Virus record (IMG/VR): IMGVR_UViG_3300009507_000116 | Coordinates: 1 to 24,915 of that record | Reading direction: 5' to 3' (one strand) | From: a virus | Taxonomy: Duplodnaviria; Caudoviricetes | DNA: 24,915 nucleotides | Part shown: positions 1 to 9,074 of the stretch, one piece after another | Layout of the letters: each line of letters begins with the position of its first letter | Position numbering within the stretch: position 1 is the first letter of the stretch | Made by a program: the position numbers and the translations under genes | Notes under the pieces: generated by a model | What the model was told of the DNA's origin: nothing | The model's database searches: none | What the model saw: the letters and a program-made list of their open reading frames with translations, nothing else

Positions 1-1217
1 GAAAACTTAGTGATAGGACTAAGCACACCTGCAGCCTTACCAAAAAAGTTACCACTAATGTCTGATGCAACTACGTATAAGCCTTGAATTAACTTATTAG
101 TTTTTCCGTCTACTGTATCTTCTGCATCTGCGGCTGCACGAATAATGCGTAATATATCAGCACGGGTTTTTTCACCGCCACCTAAGTCATCAGCAAACTT
201 GTTAGCTACAACTATAACTTGTTTAGGTGTAATATCTTTTAAAGTTGTTGTAGTTCCTTCAAGAAGTTTTTGTACTTGCCCCACTAGTTCTTCACCAGAG
301 GCAGGAATCCACTCGCCTTCAATTCCTTCATCAAAAACCTGTTTAGCTTCTTTAAGGCTTATTTCTTTAGGAACTCGTGTACCTTCTCTGAAGTAACTAG
401 CAGCCATTTTGCCGCCTTTACCTAACAGCCCGATGCCTTTTACAGCCGCAGGACCAAGGACTCCACCGGCTACTGTGCCAAAAGCCACTTCACCTAAGCT
501 ATAATCTTCTTCTTTTTTTATGTCTGAAGCAATGTCTAGTTCTTGTGCTAAGTGCGAAGCAGCTCCACCATAAGTTGAGCTTATCAACGCTGTAGCCTTT
601 AAGGGGTTTTTAGTACTTGCAGCCTTTGTAGCTTTTACAGCGTTCATTAGTGCTTTAGTTGCTTGCGTTTGAGCAAGTTTTCTAGAAGCAACAGTAGCGG
701 CTGAAGATATACCAAACGTAGAAACACCAGAAAGTAAGCCACCTATTGTAGCTAACCCTTCTGGACTGAATACTAAATCAGCACCATAATCTAAAACTCT
801 ATCAAGCTGTTCTTTGCCGCCTTTAACCTCAGCTTTATCCCAACGAGACTTCATTATACGAAAAGATTCTTTTACTTTTTCGGGAGCATCTTCAAGAGCT
901 TTAGCAGTTGCAAGCGGAGCACCTAATCTCATAGTTAGGTCTCGCATAAACTCAGCAGGGTCTGTTTCCTGACCAGTAGTTGCTTGGTCAAATAAGTAGT
1001 TACCCATGCCTTTTTCTTCGGTCAAGTATTCTGTAAGAGTTTCAAAACTTGATTGAACTAACTCATCTTTCTCCCAATCTGTAACTGTATATTCTTCGGG
1101 AGTCAAATAATTTTTAGCCTCACGTTCTTGTTTTTCTCTAGTAATATCCCCTAGTCCTTTAGAGAATGTATCCGAATCTGAACCGTCAAAAGAAAACGTA
1201 TTTTTTATATTCGACAT
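1..1217 (-). CDS. Large putative internal virion/ejection protein, N-terminal part (continues beyond left edge)
   Basis: Not in the ORF track, presumably because it has no stop in the window. ATG at 1217 is preceded by AAGGA and the frame reads MSNIKNTFSFDGSDSDTFSKGLG...; it has Ala/Gly-rich hydrophobic segments further in. Its position after the other ejection-type genes matches the largest podoviral internal virion protein (inference). Confidence 0.65.
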   Translation of the reverse strand, partial: MSNIKNTFSFDGSDSDTFSKGLGDITREKQEREAKNYLTPEEYTVTDWEKDELVQSSFETLTEYLTEEKGMGNYLFDQATTGQETDPAEFMRDLTMRLGAPLATAKALEDAPEKVKESFRIMKSRWDKAEVKGGKEQLDRVLDYGADLVFSPEGLATIGGLLSGVSTFGISSAATVASRKLAQTQATKALMNAVKATKAASTKNPLKATALISSTYGGAASHLAQELDIASDIKKEEDYSLGEVAFGTVAGGVLGPAAVKGIGLLGKGGKMAASYFREGTRVPKEISLKEAKQVFDEGIEGEWIPASGEELVGQVQKLLEGTTTTLKDITPKQVIVVANKFADDLGGGEKTRADILRIIRAAADAEDTVDGKTNKLIQGLYVVASDISGNFFGKAAGVLSPITKF

Positions 1218-1238
1218 TAATTTATATTCCTTTTAAAT

Positions 1239-3005
1239 TTATCGTGAAGAAAAGGGAGTAGCTGAGCGTAGCATTGAAGTGTTTCTTCTTTCTGCGGCTA
1301 GTCTTTTAGCTTCTTTTTCTTGTCTCTCTTTTTCCTCTTGCTGCTTTTGAGCTTGTATTTTTCTATTTCCCAGTTCTTCGTTATACGAATCAGACTGTAA
1401 AAGGGTTTGTACTGCAGCTAACATTTTATCTTTGCCGCCAAAATCGGAAGGATTTAAATTGCTATCTACTGCATACTTAACAATGTTAACCATAGATTCA
1501 ATTTTTTCTCCGTCAGCATACTCATTAAAATAATCTAGTTCTTCTAGTTTAGTATCTAACTTTTCTCGTGTACTTAAGTCTAAACCATATAAAGTATTAT
1601 ATAGTTTAACTCCATTAGACATAATCTTAGGTATTGTTTGAGAAGAAGCACTAATCTTTTTAGTTTCTAAAAGCTCAGCAGCGGCAATAGCTGTTTCAAA
1701 AGGATTGTCTAAACCTACAGTTACGCTATTGCCTACGCCTTCATTTTCGTTAACATCTTTCTTAATCATGTGTAGAGTAATTTCACGACCTACAGTAGGA
1801 GTTCCCCATCCTTGATATGGCGCAGCTTGACCGCCCATTTGTATAGAACGAGATAAGTCTTCGCTCATGGATTCAAGCATGTCCCCATAGTTTGATGCAG
1901 TAGAAGTAACGCCTGCCTCTTTTAAGTAGTCTTTTTGAGCTTCTTGAAGAGTATCAGTTTCTTCTGCTGATAGTCTACGTAAGGCTGCTGACCCCGCTTC
2001 AAAGTCTTTAAGAAGCGAAGCCCCAGTTAAAAAGTCTATTTCTCCTTGTGTCTGTTCTGCACTCTTAGATACATAGCCTTGTGCAGTAATATGCACAATA
2101 GAACGATTAGCAATAGTTCCATTTGAATTATAACTGGTTTTTTCTCGAACAGGAACTTTACGTGTAATCCCTGCAGAATTAATTATTTCCATCTCAAAAC
2201 GGTCGCCAAAATCTGGGGCAGGACCAGACAGTCCAAAGTCTTTTACTTCATTAGCTACATAAGCTGCAAGCTCAGTATCTCTAGTTTTTCGATAGACTTC
2301 TTGATAAGTTTGCAAACCTTTCGATTCTACTGTTTTACCGTCCTTATCTACACGAGTGCCTGACTTAGTTCCTAAGCTAGAAAGTATTTCTTGGTTAGCT
2401 TTATGCAAGTCTTTGTTTACATTACCAGTAAGCGCAGAAACTCCCGGAATCTTTTTAATTAACTGTGTTAGGCTTGAACCAATAGTCCCGTCACCTTGCA
2501 TAGTTCGTAAGTTTTTATAATATCTTTCCTTATCGCCTGATGCCAAAAATTGCTTATGTGCCCGTACTCTAGTTTCAAAAGACTCTTTATAATCGTCAAA
2601 GTACCCGTTAGTCAAAGTATGTTGAAGTGAGTTAAACTGAGATTTATTATATGTTCCCGTCTCATAGGTGTTGTGTAGCTGAGAACCTATTAGACCTTGA
2701 AGTTCATTTTTAAGGTAGGCATCTTGACCGCCTGCATAGTCTTGAGCCTCTTGATACTTAGCTGCAAAATCGTTAGCTTCATTATATACAGAATCTATTT
2801 TAAGTTTATTAGCCATCATCTCTTCGTTATTCATCATTTTTTGATGACGCTGCATCAAGAGGTCTTCTGCAACATTAAAAGCTACTTTAAGTCCTACCTG
2901 TTTCCACTTGTCTCTTTTAGCACGTTTCTCGGCTCGTTTTTGAGCGTCTTTATTTCTTTCACGAATATCCGAAAGTAAGCTTTGTCCAAATTCAGATGCT
3001 TTCAT
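1239..3005 (-). CDS. Putative internal virion (ejection) protein, 588 aa
   Basis: Long helical ORF with charged coiled-coil ends, tightly packed in the post-tail gene cluster. Function from synteny only. Confidence 0.5.
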   Translation of the reverse strand: MKASEFGQSLLSDIRERNKDAQKRAEKRAKRDKWKQVGLKVAFNVAEDLLMQRHQKMMNNEEMMANKLKIDSVYNEANDFAAKYQEAQDYAGGQDAYLKNELQGLIGSQLHNTYETGTYNKSQFNSLQHTLTNGYFDDYKESFETRVRAHKQFLASGDKERYYKNLRTMQGDGTIGSSLTQLIKKIPGVSALTGNVNKDLHKANQEILSSLGTKSGTRVDKDGKTVESKGLQTYQEVYRKTRDTELAAYVANEVKDFGLSGPAPDFGDRFEMEIINSAGITRKVPVREKTSYNSNGTIANRSIVHITAQGYVSKSAEQTQGEIDFLTGASLLKDFEAGSAALRRLSAEETDTLQEAQKDYLKEAGVTSTASNYGDMLESMSEDLSRSIQMGGQAAPYQGWGTPTVGREITLHMIKKDVNENEGVGNSVTVGLDNPFETAIAAAELLETKKISASSQTIPKIMSNGVKLYNTLYGLDLSTREKLDTKLEELDYFNEYADGEKIESMVNIVKYAVDSNLNPSDFGGKDKMLAAVQTLLQSDSYNEELGNRKIQAQKQQEEKERQEKEAKRLAAERRNTSMLRSATPFSSR

Positions 3006-3007
3006 AT

Positions 3008-3598
3008 TTACTGTCCTTCAGTTGGAGCCATCAGGCTAGGTTGCTGTGTAGGTTCTTGCGATGGTGTAGGTGCAGGAGCTTGTAATAAACTTGGAAGCTC
3101 TGGAAGCTCTGTCATATCATTAAGTTGAGAAGGAGTTAATAAACCCTCTGGAACTTTATTAGTAGGTCCGGCAGCTTCCCTAAGTTTATTTAGTTTCTCT
3201 TCTTGCATAGAAACTCCAAAAACTTCGCCTTCTTCTTCTTCGCCATCAATTTCTATATCAAGGTCTAAACGCTCTGCTAGTGCAATAACCATGTAGGCAG
3301 TAGGCTCAATAAGCATTAGCATTAAATCAGGATTAAATGTACCTTTTTGAAACTCATCAAAAAGCAATATTTGTACTACAGGTAAAACCGCAACTCCTTG
3401 AGATATGCCAGTCATTAAACTTTCATATAGTGCATCATCAGTAATCTTGTCCCACATAAACTGAGTAGCTTCATGGACATTTGTAAACTTAGGCGGCTGC
3501 TCATAAGGAGCCGGATTCTCAGGGTCATTGGTTAAAGACTGTCCCGGAATAGGTCGGTCCATCTTAGACATTTCAGCCATATAAGTTTGTTCATCCAT
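3008..3598 (-). CDS. Hypothetical phage protein, 196 aa, acidic with Pro/Gln-rich tail
   Basis: Start overlaps the upstream stop; AGGAG lies upstream; IPGQSLT..P.E.PP segment. Function unknown. Confidence 0.6.
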   Translation of the reverse strand: MDEQTYMAEMSKMDRPIPGQSLTNDPENPAPYEQPPKFTNVHEATQFMWDKITDDALYESLMTGISQGVAVLPVVQILLFDEFQKGTFNPDLMLMLIEPTAYMVIALAERLDLDIEIDGEEEEGEVFGVSMQEEKLNKLREAAGPTNKVPEGLLTPSQLNDMTELPELPSLLQAPAPTPSQEPTQQPSLMAPTEGQ

Positions 3599-4805
3599 AA
3601 CGAGCTCCTAGTTCTTGTTGATATGTATTTGCCGGACTACCCCAAGGGTTTGACATGCTGTATCCTGTTGGGTTTACAGACATTTGATACGCCCTGTCGT
3701 TTATTGCTGAAGAAGCATATTGGTTCATAAACGGAGTGTCTGCCATTTGAGGAACTACAGTGCTTCCTTCATAAGTTACATTTTGTACAGGACTATCTAC
3801 TAAGCCTGTTTCTACTAAGACTTTATTCTGTAAACCTTTCTGTACAGTTTTATCAAGACCTTCTACAAACTTTCCGGGGGCTTCAATGATTTTGTCAGGG
3901 ATAGACATCACAGCCTCTTTGGTGCTTGTCCCTAGTTTAGATAAGAAGCTTGGGTCTTCAGCCACCTTAGCTGTTACTCCTTCTCCAATTACAGACTGTT
4001 GAGCACCAGTAACTACATTATCAGGCGCTAGAACAGATGGTGCGGCAGATGACTGTAATCCACTTTGAGGTTCAAGCAGCGATGTAGTAGGTGCTGACGA
4101 AGAACTAATTGTTTGCTCAGGACCTAAAGTATCGACCAGAGATTCCGTTTTAAGTGTAGTGTCTGGAACACCTACAGACTTAGCTGCCTCAGTACCGATA
4201 GTTGACGCTACTTTAGAGGTTACTGGAGTTGGCGGTGGGGTATAGCCAATTGCCGTATTGAAATCCGTAAGAAGACTTTTTCCGTCCGTAATAACTTTTT
4301 GAGATACTTTACTCCAAGCACTGCCGCTTCCTTGAAAGAATGTATCTGGAGCGTTACTTAGGCTTGGCATTAGCGTCTGCATTCCCGGAATCTTTTTAAG
4401 TGCAGTGCCTGCAAATTCTTTTACAAAACTTCCAACAGCGCCTGTGACAGTTTTAAATGCTGAGTGACCTACTTTTGCAAAGTTACCTGCGGCTTTTAAT
4501 ACGTGACCTGCACCACGAATAATAGCACTGCTGCTGCCTAACATACCTGTACCGGCTGTTAAAGTCCCTGTCGTGCCTGCAGTCGCAAATGTAGCGGACT
4601 TGCCAATAAGGGCATTAAACCCTGTCCCAAGCCCTTTCATTAGCGCACCTCCTATTGCCGGAAGCACAAACATCATAGCAATCTGACCAACAATTCCAAG
4701 TTTACCTACAAACTTTCCAACCTTTTTGAATGCAGACTTAATGCCTTTGCCGATTTTCTTTACGACTTTTTTAAGACCTTTTGCTATTTTACTTAAGAAT
4801 CCCAT
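3591..4805 (-). CDS. Putative DNA ejection/pilot protein with cationic amphipathic N-terminus, 404 aa
   Basis: GAGGA RBS. N-terminus MGFLSKIAKGLKKVVKKIGKGIKSAFKKVGK, then a hydrophobic Gly/Ala-rich stretch, as is typical of membrane-penetrating virion proteins. Confidence 0.55.
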   Translation of the reverse strand: MGFLSKIAKGLKKVVKKIGKGIKSAFKKVGKFVGKLGIVGQIAMMFVLPAIGGALMKGLGTGFNALIGKSATFATAGTTGTLTAGTGMLGSSSAIIRGAGHVLKAAGNFAKVGHSAFKTVTGAVGSFVKEFAGTALKKIPGMQTLMPSLSNAPDTFFQGSGSAWSKVSQKVITDGKSLLTDFNTAIGYTPPPTPVTSKVASTIGTEAAKSVGVPDTTLKTESLVDTLGPEQTISSSSAPTTSLLEPQSGLQSSAAPSVLAPDNVVTGAQQSVIGEGVTAKVAEDPSFLSKLGTSTKEAVMSIPDKIIEAPGKFVEGLDKTVQKGLQNKVLVETGLVDSPVQNVTYEGSTVVPQMADTPFMNQYASSAINDRAYQMSVNPTGYSMSNPWGSPANTYQQELGARYG

Positions 4806-4822
4806 TTTAAATTTTCCTCTAA

Positions 4823-7768
4823 TTAAATTGAATCTTTTGGTTTGTCAAGAGCAGTATTTGCTATTGTTAAAAGTTTACCAACATCTCCACCTGAAGCTTT
4901 AACTACTTCTTCGTTTGAAATAGCTGTAGCAACTAACTGGCTTTTTCTTTGCTCATCATTTTCATAGGCTTGACGAATGTAGGCAGCATCATCACGCATT
5001 TGTTGCCACAGCTGAGTTTGTTCTTGTGAACTCATGTTATAAGCAATTTGCACATTCTGACCATTAGCTGCATTTTGAGCTGCAGTGTTGGCTAAATTTG
5101 CTTGTCGTCTCCAAGCTACGTTTGACTGCTGTATAGCTTGAGCATTTGCTGCATTCCACTGGTCACGTTGGAAATCTTGTTGAGCGTTAAACTTATTTAT
5201 ATCAGCCATAAGTTGAGCGTTTAATCTCTCTACTTCTAGCGCATTGCCTGCTTTCTGGGCAGAGCGTTTGTTGTTTTCTGTAGCGTTAAACTGCTCCCTA
5301 GCTGACTGAGCAGAAGAATTAAACTGTTCAATTTGAGAACCTAAACTAGCCATAAACTGTTCTGACTGAGTTTCAGATTTAGCATTAAACTGCTTAGCTG
5401 CATTCTGCTGTGACTGGTTACTTAACAATCTTTGTTGATTCAGTTGGGCTTTTGTTATGTTAGCTTGTTGTTGATTGTTTAAATTAGTCATATCCATTTG
5501 AAGAAATGATTGAGCATTTGTAATTGCTAACTTAGTTCTTTGGTCTGCGTTTGCCATATCCATATTAGCCATTGCTGTAGCATTTTGAAGCATGGTTTGC
5601 TGTTCAGCATTAAACTCAGTTTGAACCATAGTTTGCATAAACTTACTGTTAGCTAATGTTACTTGTTGAGCTGCATCAAACTTAGCTAAATCAATTCTAG
5701 CTACTGTTTGAGCATTTTCTACTGCACGTTGTTGGTCAACATTTAACTGAGCAACATTCATTTGACTTGCAATTTGTGCCTGAGTAAGGTTAGTCTGCAT
5801 ACGTGTATTAAGATTGGCTAATTCAGTTTGTTGTGCAGCAGTCAAGTTATCTGAGCTTGCTGCATTTAAAGCGCTTAAATTAGCTATACGCATCTGTTGG
5901 TCATTGCTCATGTTAGCCAAGTCCATTTGCTGCTTAAGCTCTGCATTTTTAGCTAAGAAATCTGCAGCAATCTGCTTATCTTGAGACGTAGCTGCTTGAA
6001 TAGCTTGAGCATTGCTTTGAGCTAAAGGTATCGCACTTTGAATTACAGCATTAAACAACGCATCTCTACCTACACTAGAACGTGACATCCCACGAGCAGC
6101 AAGCTTGCTTTCAACCAAAGAAAGAGCAGGCTTAGCCCAAGCAGGAATATCTCCATCCTCCATACCCGCTAGTAGTGACTCCATCTGAACATCGACAAGA
6201 GCTTCTTGAGGTAAGCCAGATAGTGTAGTTCGTACATCTTCTGGCATATCTTCCATTTGGTCTGCGACAAGTTCTGGGTTATCTGCAAGCTGCTTAGCAA
6301 TTTCATCGTCTTTTAAACCTTGAGATTTAAGTTTTTTAATTGCTTTGTCTTTTGCTTTAATGCCTTGAATCGCACGTTGCTGTGACTGATTATAGTCATA
6401 CATGCTCATAATTTCAGCTGCTTCACCTTCAGGTGTAGGAGTTCCAAGAATTGCCTCTCGTCTAAATGTTTCGGCTTCTTCTGTTTCTTCTACTTGAGCT
6501 ACTTCGCCCGTAACTTCCCCTACTTCAGATTCTGCGCTTTTATCAAATTCAGCGGTTTCTGCCATAGCTGCTTGTTCTGCTGCTGTGTCTCTTTCTGCAG
6601 TTTCTGCACGTTCAGTTAAAGTAGCTTCATCAGCTTTAGCAATAGCTTTATCTGACACTGTTCCTTTTGCTGCAGTTACCGCCTGTTGCGTGTCTAGTGT
6701 TTCAGCATTATAACTTGCTGCTTCTAGTTCTTCAGGGGCTGTTACTTTCGTAACTGCGCCTTGTTCTTCTAAAGCATCCATTGTAGGAGCAACAACTTTT
6801 CTAACTGTTAAGTCTTCTGGACTTTCTAGTTGTGTGATATCTTCTTCCGCAGTATAAGTTCCCTCGGTGTTTACTAGTGCCGGAGCTACTTTAGATACTA
6901 CAGCATCGGGTGCTGTGTAAGCTAATTCTGTAGGGGCTGTGCCTTCAGGAGTTATACTAGCTACTGAACCCGCTTGAGAAGCTGATTCAGTAATACCACC
7001 GGCAGAGCCCGTGCTTGTGTCTTTGGTTTTTTTAGGCATTGTTCCTCCGGAAGGTGGTTCTACTGGGAAAGAAGGTGTAGCAGGTGTAAACGTAGCAGCT
7101 TGATTTTTAGCCGCTGCAAATGCTTTATCTTCAGCTTCTTGAGTAGCTTTAAAGGCTGCTGCATTTTTTACTTTAGCTGCTTCTGCTGCCGCTTTACGGG
7201 CTGCTACTTCTTTATCACGAATTACTTTTTGAGCTGCTTCTTGTTTTTTAGCTAAGGCTTCGGCTTCACTAGCTTTTTTTATAGTCCCAATATTTTTCAT
7301 AACTACATTATGGGCTGCTACAGCTCTGTTATATGAGCTCTGCGCTGTTTTACTACTAGGCGCTCTGCCTCGACCTCCTGCACGAACCCACGCTTTACCG
7401 CTTAGCCCCATTTTAGGAGCAGCCTTTTTCCCATCCAAAGCGTCCCCGTAGTTTCTTGCGATTGCATCTGCCAACTTGTTAAAGTAATTAGTAGAATTTC
7501 TACTGCTTCCTAAGTCTTCAATTATTCCAAGCCGTCTTGCGTAGTTTTGAACACTTTCCCCCCTGCTTTTTTGTGGGGGTAGACCAAGACGTTTAAAATA
7601 AGCTCTGATGTCTTCGTCTTTCTTTTTAGCAAACTTTTGTTGCGAGGCAGTCAACGTTGGGGGCTTTGGATGAGGAGCATGAGGAGTCCACGCAGTGCCA
7701 CGTCTTGTTTTGTATGACTTGTGTCCACCACTGTGCAGTTTAGCTCTTGGAGTTTTTTTCTCTTCCAT
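4823..7768 (-). CDS. Putative internal virion/ejection protein, 981 aa, with Gln/Ala/Asn-rich coiled-coil C-terminal half
   Basis: Start coupled to the holin stop (TAATG) with an AGGA RBS. Basic N-terminus, acidic Thr/Ala/Glu middle, and recurring QFNA/ANL-type degenerate repeats in ~4950-6050. Confidence 0.6.
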   Translation of the reverse strand: MEEKKTPRAKLHSGGHKSYKTRRGTAWTPHAPHPKPPTLTASQQKFAKKKDEDIRAYFKRLGLPPQKSRGESVQNYARRLGIIEDLGSSRNSTNYFNKLADAIARNYGDALDGKKAAPKMGLSGKAWVRAGGRGRAPSSKTAQSSYNRAVAAHNVVMKNIGTIKKASEAEALAKKQEAAQKVIRDKEVAARKAAAEAAKVKNAAAFKATQEAEDKAFAAAKNQAATFTPATPSFPVEPPSGGTMPKKTKDTSTGSAGGITESASQAGSVASITPEGTAPTELAYTAPDAVVSKVAPALVNTEGTYTAEEDITQLESPEDLTVRKVVAPTMDALEEQGAVTKVTAPEELEAASYNAETLDTQQAVTAAKGTVSDKAIAKADEATLTERAETAERDTAAEQAAMAETAEFDKSAESEVGEVTGEVAQVEETEEAETFRREAILGTPTPEGEAAEIMSMYDYNQSQQRAIQGIKAKDKAIKKLKSQGLKDDEIAKQLADNPELVADQMEDMPEDVRTTLSGLPQEALVDVQMESLLAGMEDGDIPAWAKPALSLVESKLAARGMSRSSVGRDALFNAVIQSAIPLAQSNAQAIQAATSQDKQIAADFLAKNAELKQQMDLANMSNDQQMRIANLSALNAASSDNLTAAQQTELANLNTRMQTNLTQAQIASQMNVAQLNVDQQRAVENAQTVARIDLAKFDAAQQVTLANSKFMQTMVQTEFNAEQQTMLQNATAMANMDMANADQRTKLAITNAQSFLQMDMTNLNNQQQANITKAQLNQQRLLSNQSQQNAAKQFNAKSETQSEQFMASLGSQIEQFNSSAQSAREQFNATENNKRSAQKAGNALEVERLNAQLMADINKFNAQQDFQRDQWNAANAQAIQQSNVAWRRQANLANTAAQNAANGQNVQIAYNMSSQEQTQLWQQMRDDAAYIRQAYENDEQRKSQLVATAISNEEVVKASGGDVGKLLTIANTALDKPKDSI

Positions 7769-7941
7769 TATTTAGTATTCCTATTAACAATTTTTTGAAT
7801 TGTTTCTGATTCATAAATACGAAGGCCTAGCCATATAATAGTAAACAGACTAGCTATCGGAGGCAACCAAGCCGCCAAAGACATAACTCCTGCTGATGCT
7901 GCAAATACGTCTACAGCTTGTTTGGTTTCCTCAGTCATCAT
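7768..7941 (-). CDS. Holin-like small membrane protein, 57 aa (start revised from 8019)
   Basis: MMTEETKQAVDVFAASAGVMSLAAWLPPIASLFTIIWLGLRIYESETIQKIVNRNTK: hydrophobic core and charged C-tail. GAGGG precedes ATGATG at 7941, just after the stop of the 112-aa gene. Confidence 0.6.
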   Translation of the reverse strand: MMTEETKQAVDVFAASAGVMSLAAWLPPIASLFTIIWLGLRIYESETIQKIVNRNTK

Positions 7942-7945
7942 AATA

Positions 7946-8284
7946 TTAACCCTCGAAAGTTTTAACGTCTTCAGACGTTGAATCAATTGTGGCTTGAGCT
8001 TCTGCTCGTTGCCTAGCATCTAAGTTTTCGTTAGCTACTATGCCAACTGGATATTCTAATCTGTATACAGCTTCTTTGTAGTCATCTAAACTTATATTAA
8101 ACTCATTGTTTTCTTCCATTGAATCTATTAATTCATTATTGTCTTCCATGAAAGAATTAAACTCACCATCACCTTTCCTAAGAGAACGCTCACGTTTCCA
8201 CTGGGGCCAGTTTTTACTTATAAAATATTGAATGTGTTTTTCTAAGTCTTCTTTGTTTAAAGGTTTATATCCTTTTAAAATCAT
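7946..8284 (-). CDS. Hypothetical protein, 112 aa (possibly tail-fibre associated)
   Basis: ATGA overlap with the upstream gene and an AGGAG RBS. Lies after the tail fibre genes. Confidence 0.6.
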   Translation of the reverse strand: MILKGYKPLNKEDLEKHIQYFISKNWPQWKRERSLRKGDGEFNSFMEDNNELIDSMEENNEFNISLDDYKEAVYRLEYPVGIVANENLDARQRAEAQATIDSTSEDVKTFEG

Positions 8285-9072
8285 TTTAAAACTCCTTCAA
8301 TGAATAAGCTTCCGTCCCCATGTACTCCATAATCAGTAGCGTTTGTAAGATAGAAAATAAGGTCGTTGGCAGGAAAATATAAATATTGTACAAAACCATC
8401 AGACATTACAAAGTATCCTGAATTTTTATCTGTATTATTAGCTTGACCAATAGGCACCATTCCCGCATAGTTATATGTATTTGCTCTTCCGTTTACAGAA
8501 GTAACTTCTAGATTATTTGGAATAGTTAAATCTAGTAAACTGACAGTGTCAAAACGTACATAAGCTGATGTATTGCTTGATGTAATAGTAAAATTTAAAT
8601 ATGTTATATCAGATACAGCTTTAAATTGTGTTCTTTTATCAATATAAGAAGATGTTATGTTTTCAAAATTTACAATATATCCTTGGTCCGAATCATAAGG
8701 ACTTGTGGGAATTTTCGTGCTTGCAGACATAGTAAAGCTACCGCCAGTACCTAGATTACTACTAGTATCTTTATCGGTTGAAAATAAATAATAATTTCCC
8801 GGAATAGTATCAAGAGCTACAGTAACTGTCCCATTAGGAGCTGAGCCTCCACTACCACTTATTTTTATTCTTCCACTTTCAAGTGAAACAGCTACTGACC
8901 CAGTAGTTGTCCACCCTGTAGTAGAGCTGCCTACTAAAGAGTTTGCAGATACACTATTTAAACCGGTGCTAACAGGCTTTCTAGAAATACTATATGCTTT
9001 TCCTGAACTAGCTTTTTCTGAGAAATCAATATCATCAACAGCTATTTTTTGTGTGTTTATAGTTAATGCCAT
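8281..9072 (-). CDS. Putative tail-associated beta-rich protein (carbohydrate-binding-module-like), 263 aa
   Basis: Ser/Thr/Gly-rich with beta-strand patterns (GWTTTGS...GNYYLFST...FKAVSDITYLNF...VRFDTVSL). Directly follows the tail fibre. Confidence 0.5.
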   Translation of the reverse strand: MALTINTQKIAVDDIDFSEKASSGKAYSISRKPVSTGLNSVSANSLVGSSTTGWTTTGSVAVSLESGRIKISGSGGSAPNGTVTVALDTIPGNYYLFSTDKDTSSNLGTGGSFTMSASTKIPTSPYDSDQGYIVNFENITSSYIDKRTQFKAVSDITYLNFTITSSNTSAYVRFDTVSLLDLTIPNNLEVTSVNGRANTYNYAGMVPIGQANNTDKNSGYFVMSDGFVQYLYFPANDLIFYLTNATDYGVHGDGSLFIEGVLK

Positions 9073-9074
9073 TA

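Noticed and set aside
7771-7782. 12-nt match AGGAATACTAAA shared by the RBS regions at ~7775 (minus) and 24899-24910 (plus)
   Set aside because: Short, AT-rich and constrained by SD function, so it is plausibly coincidental.
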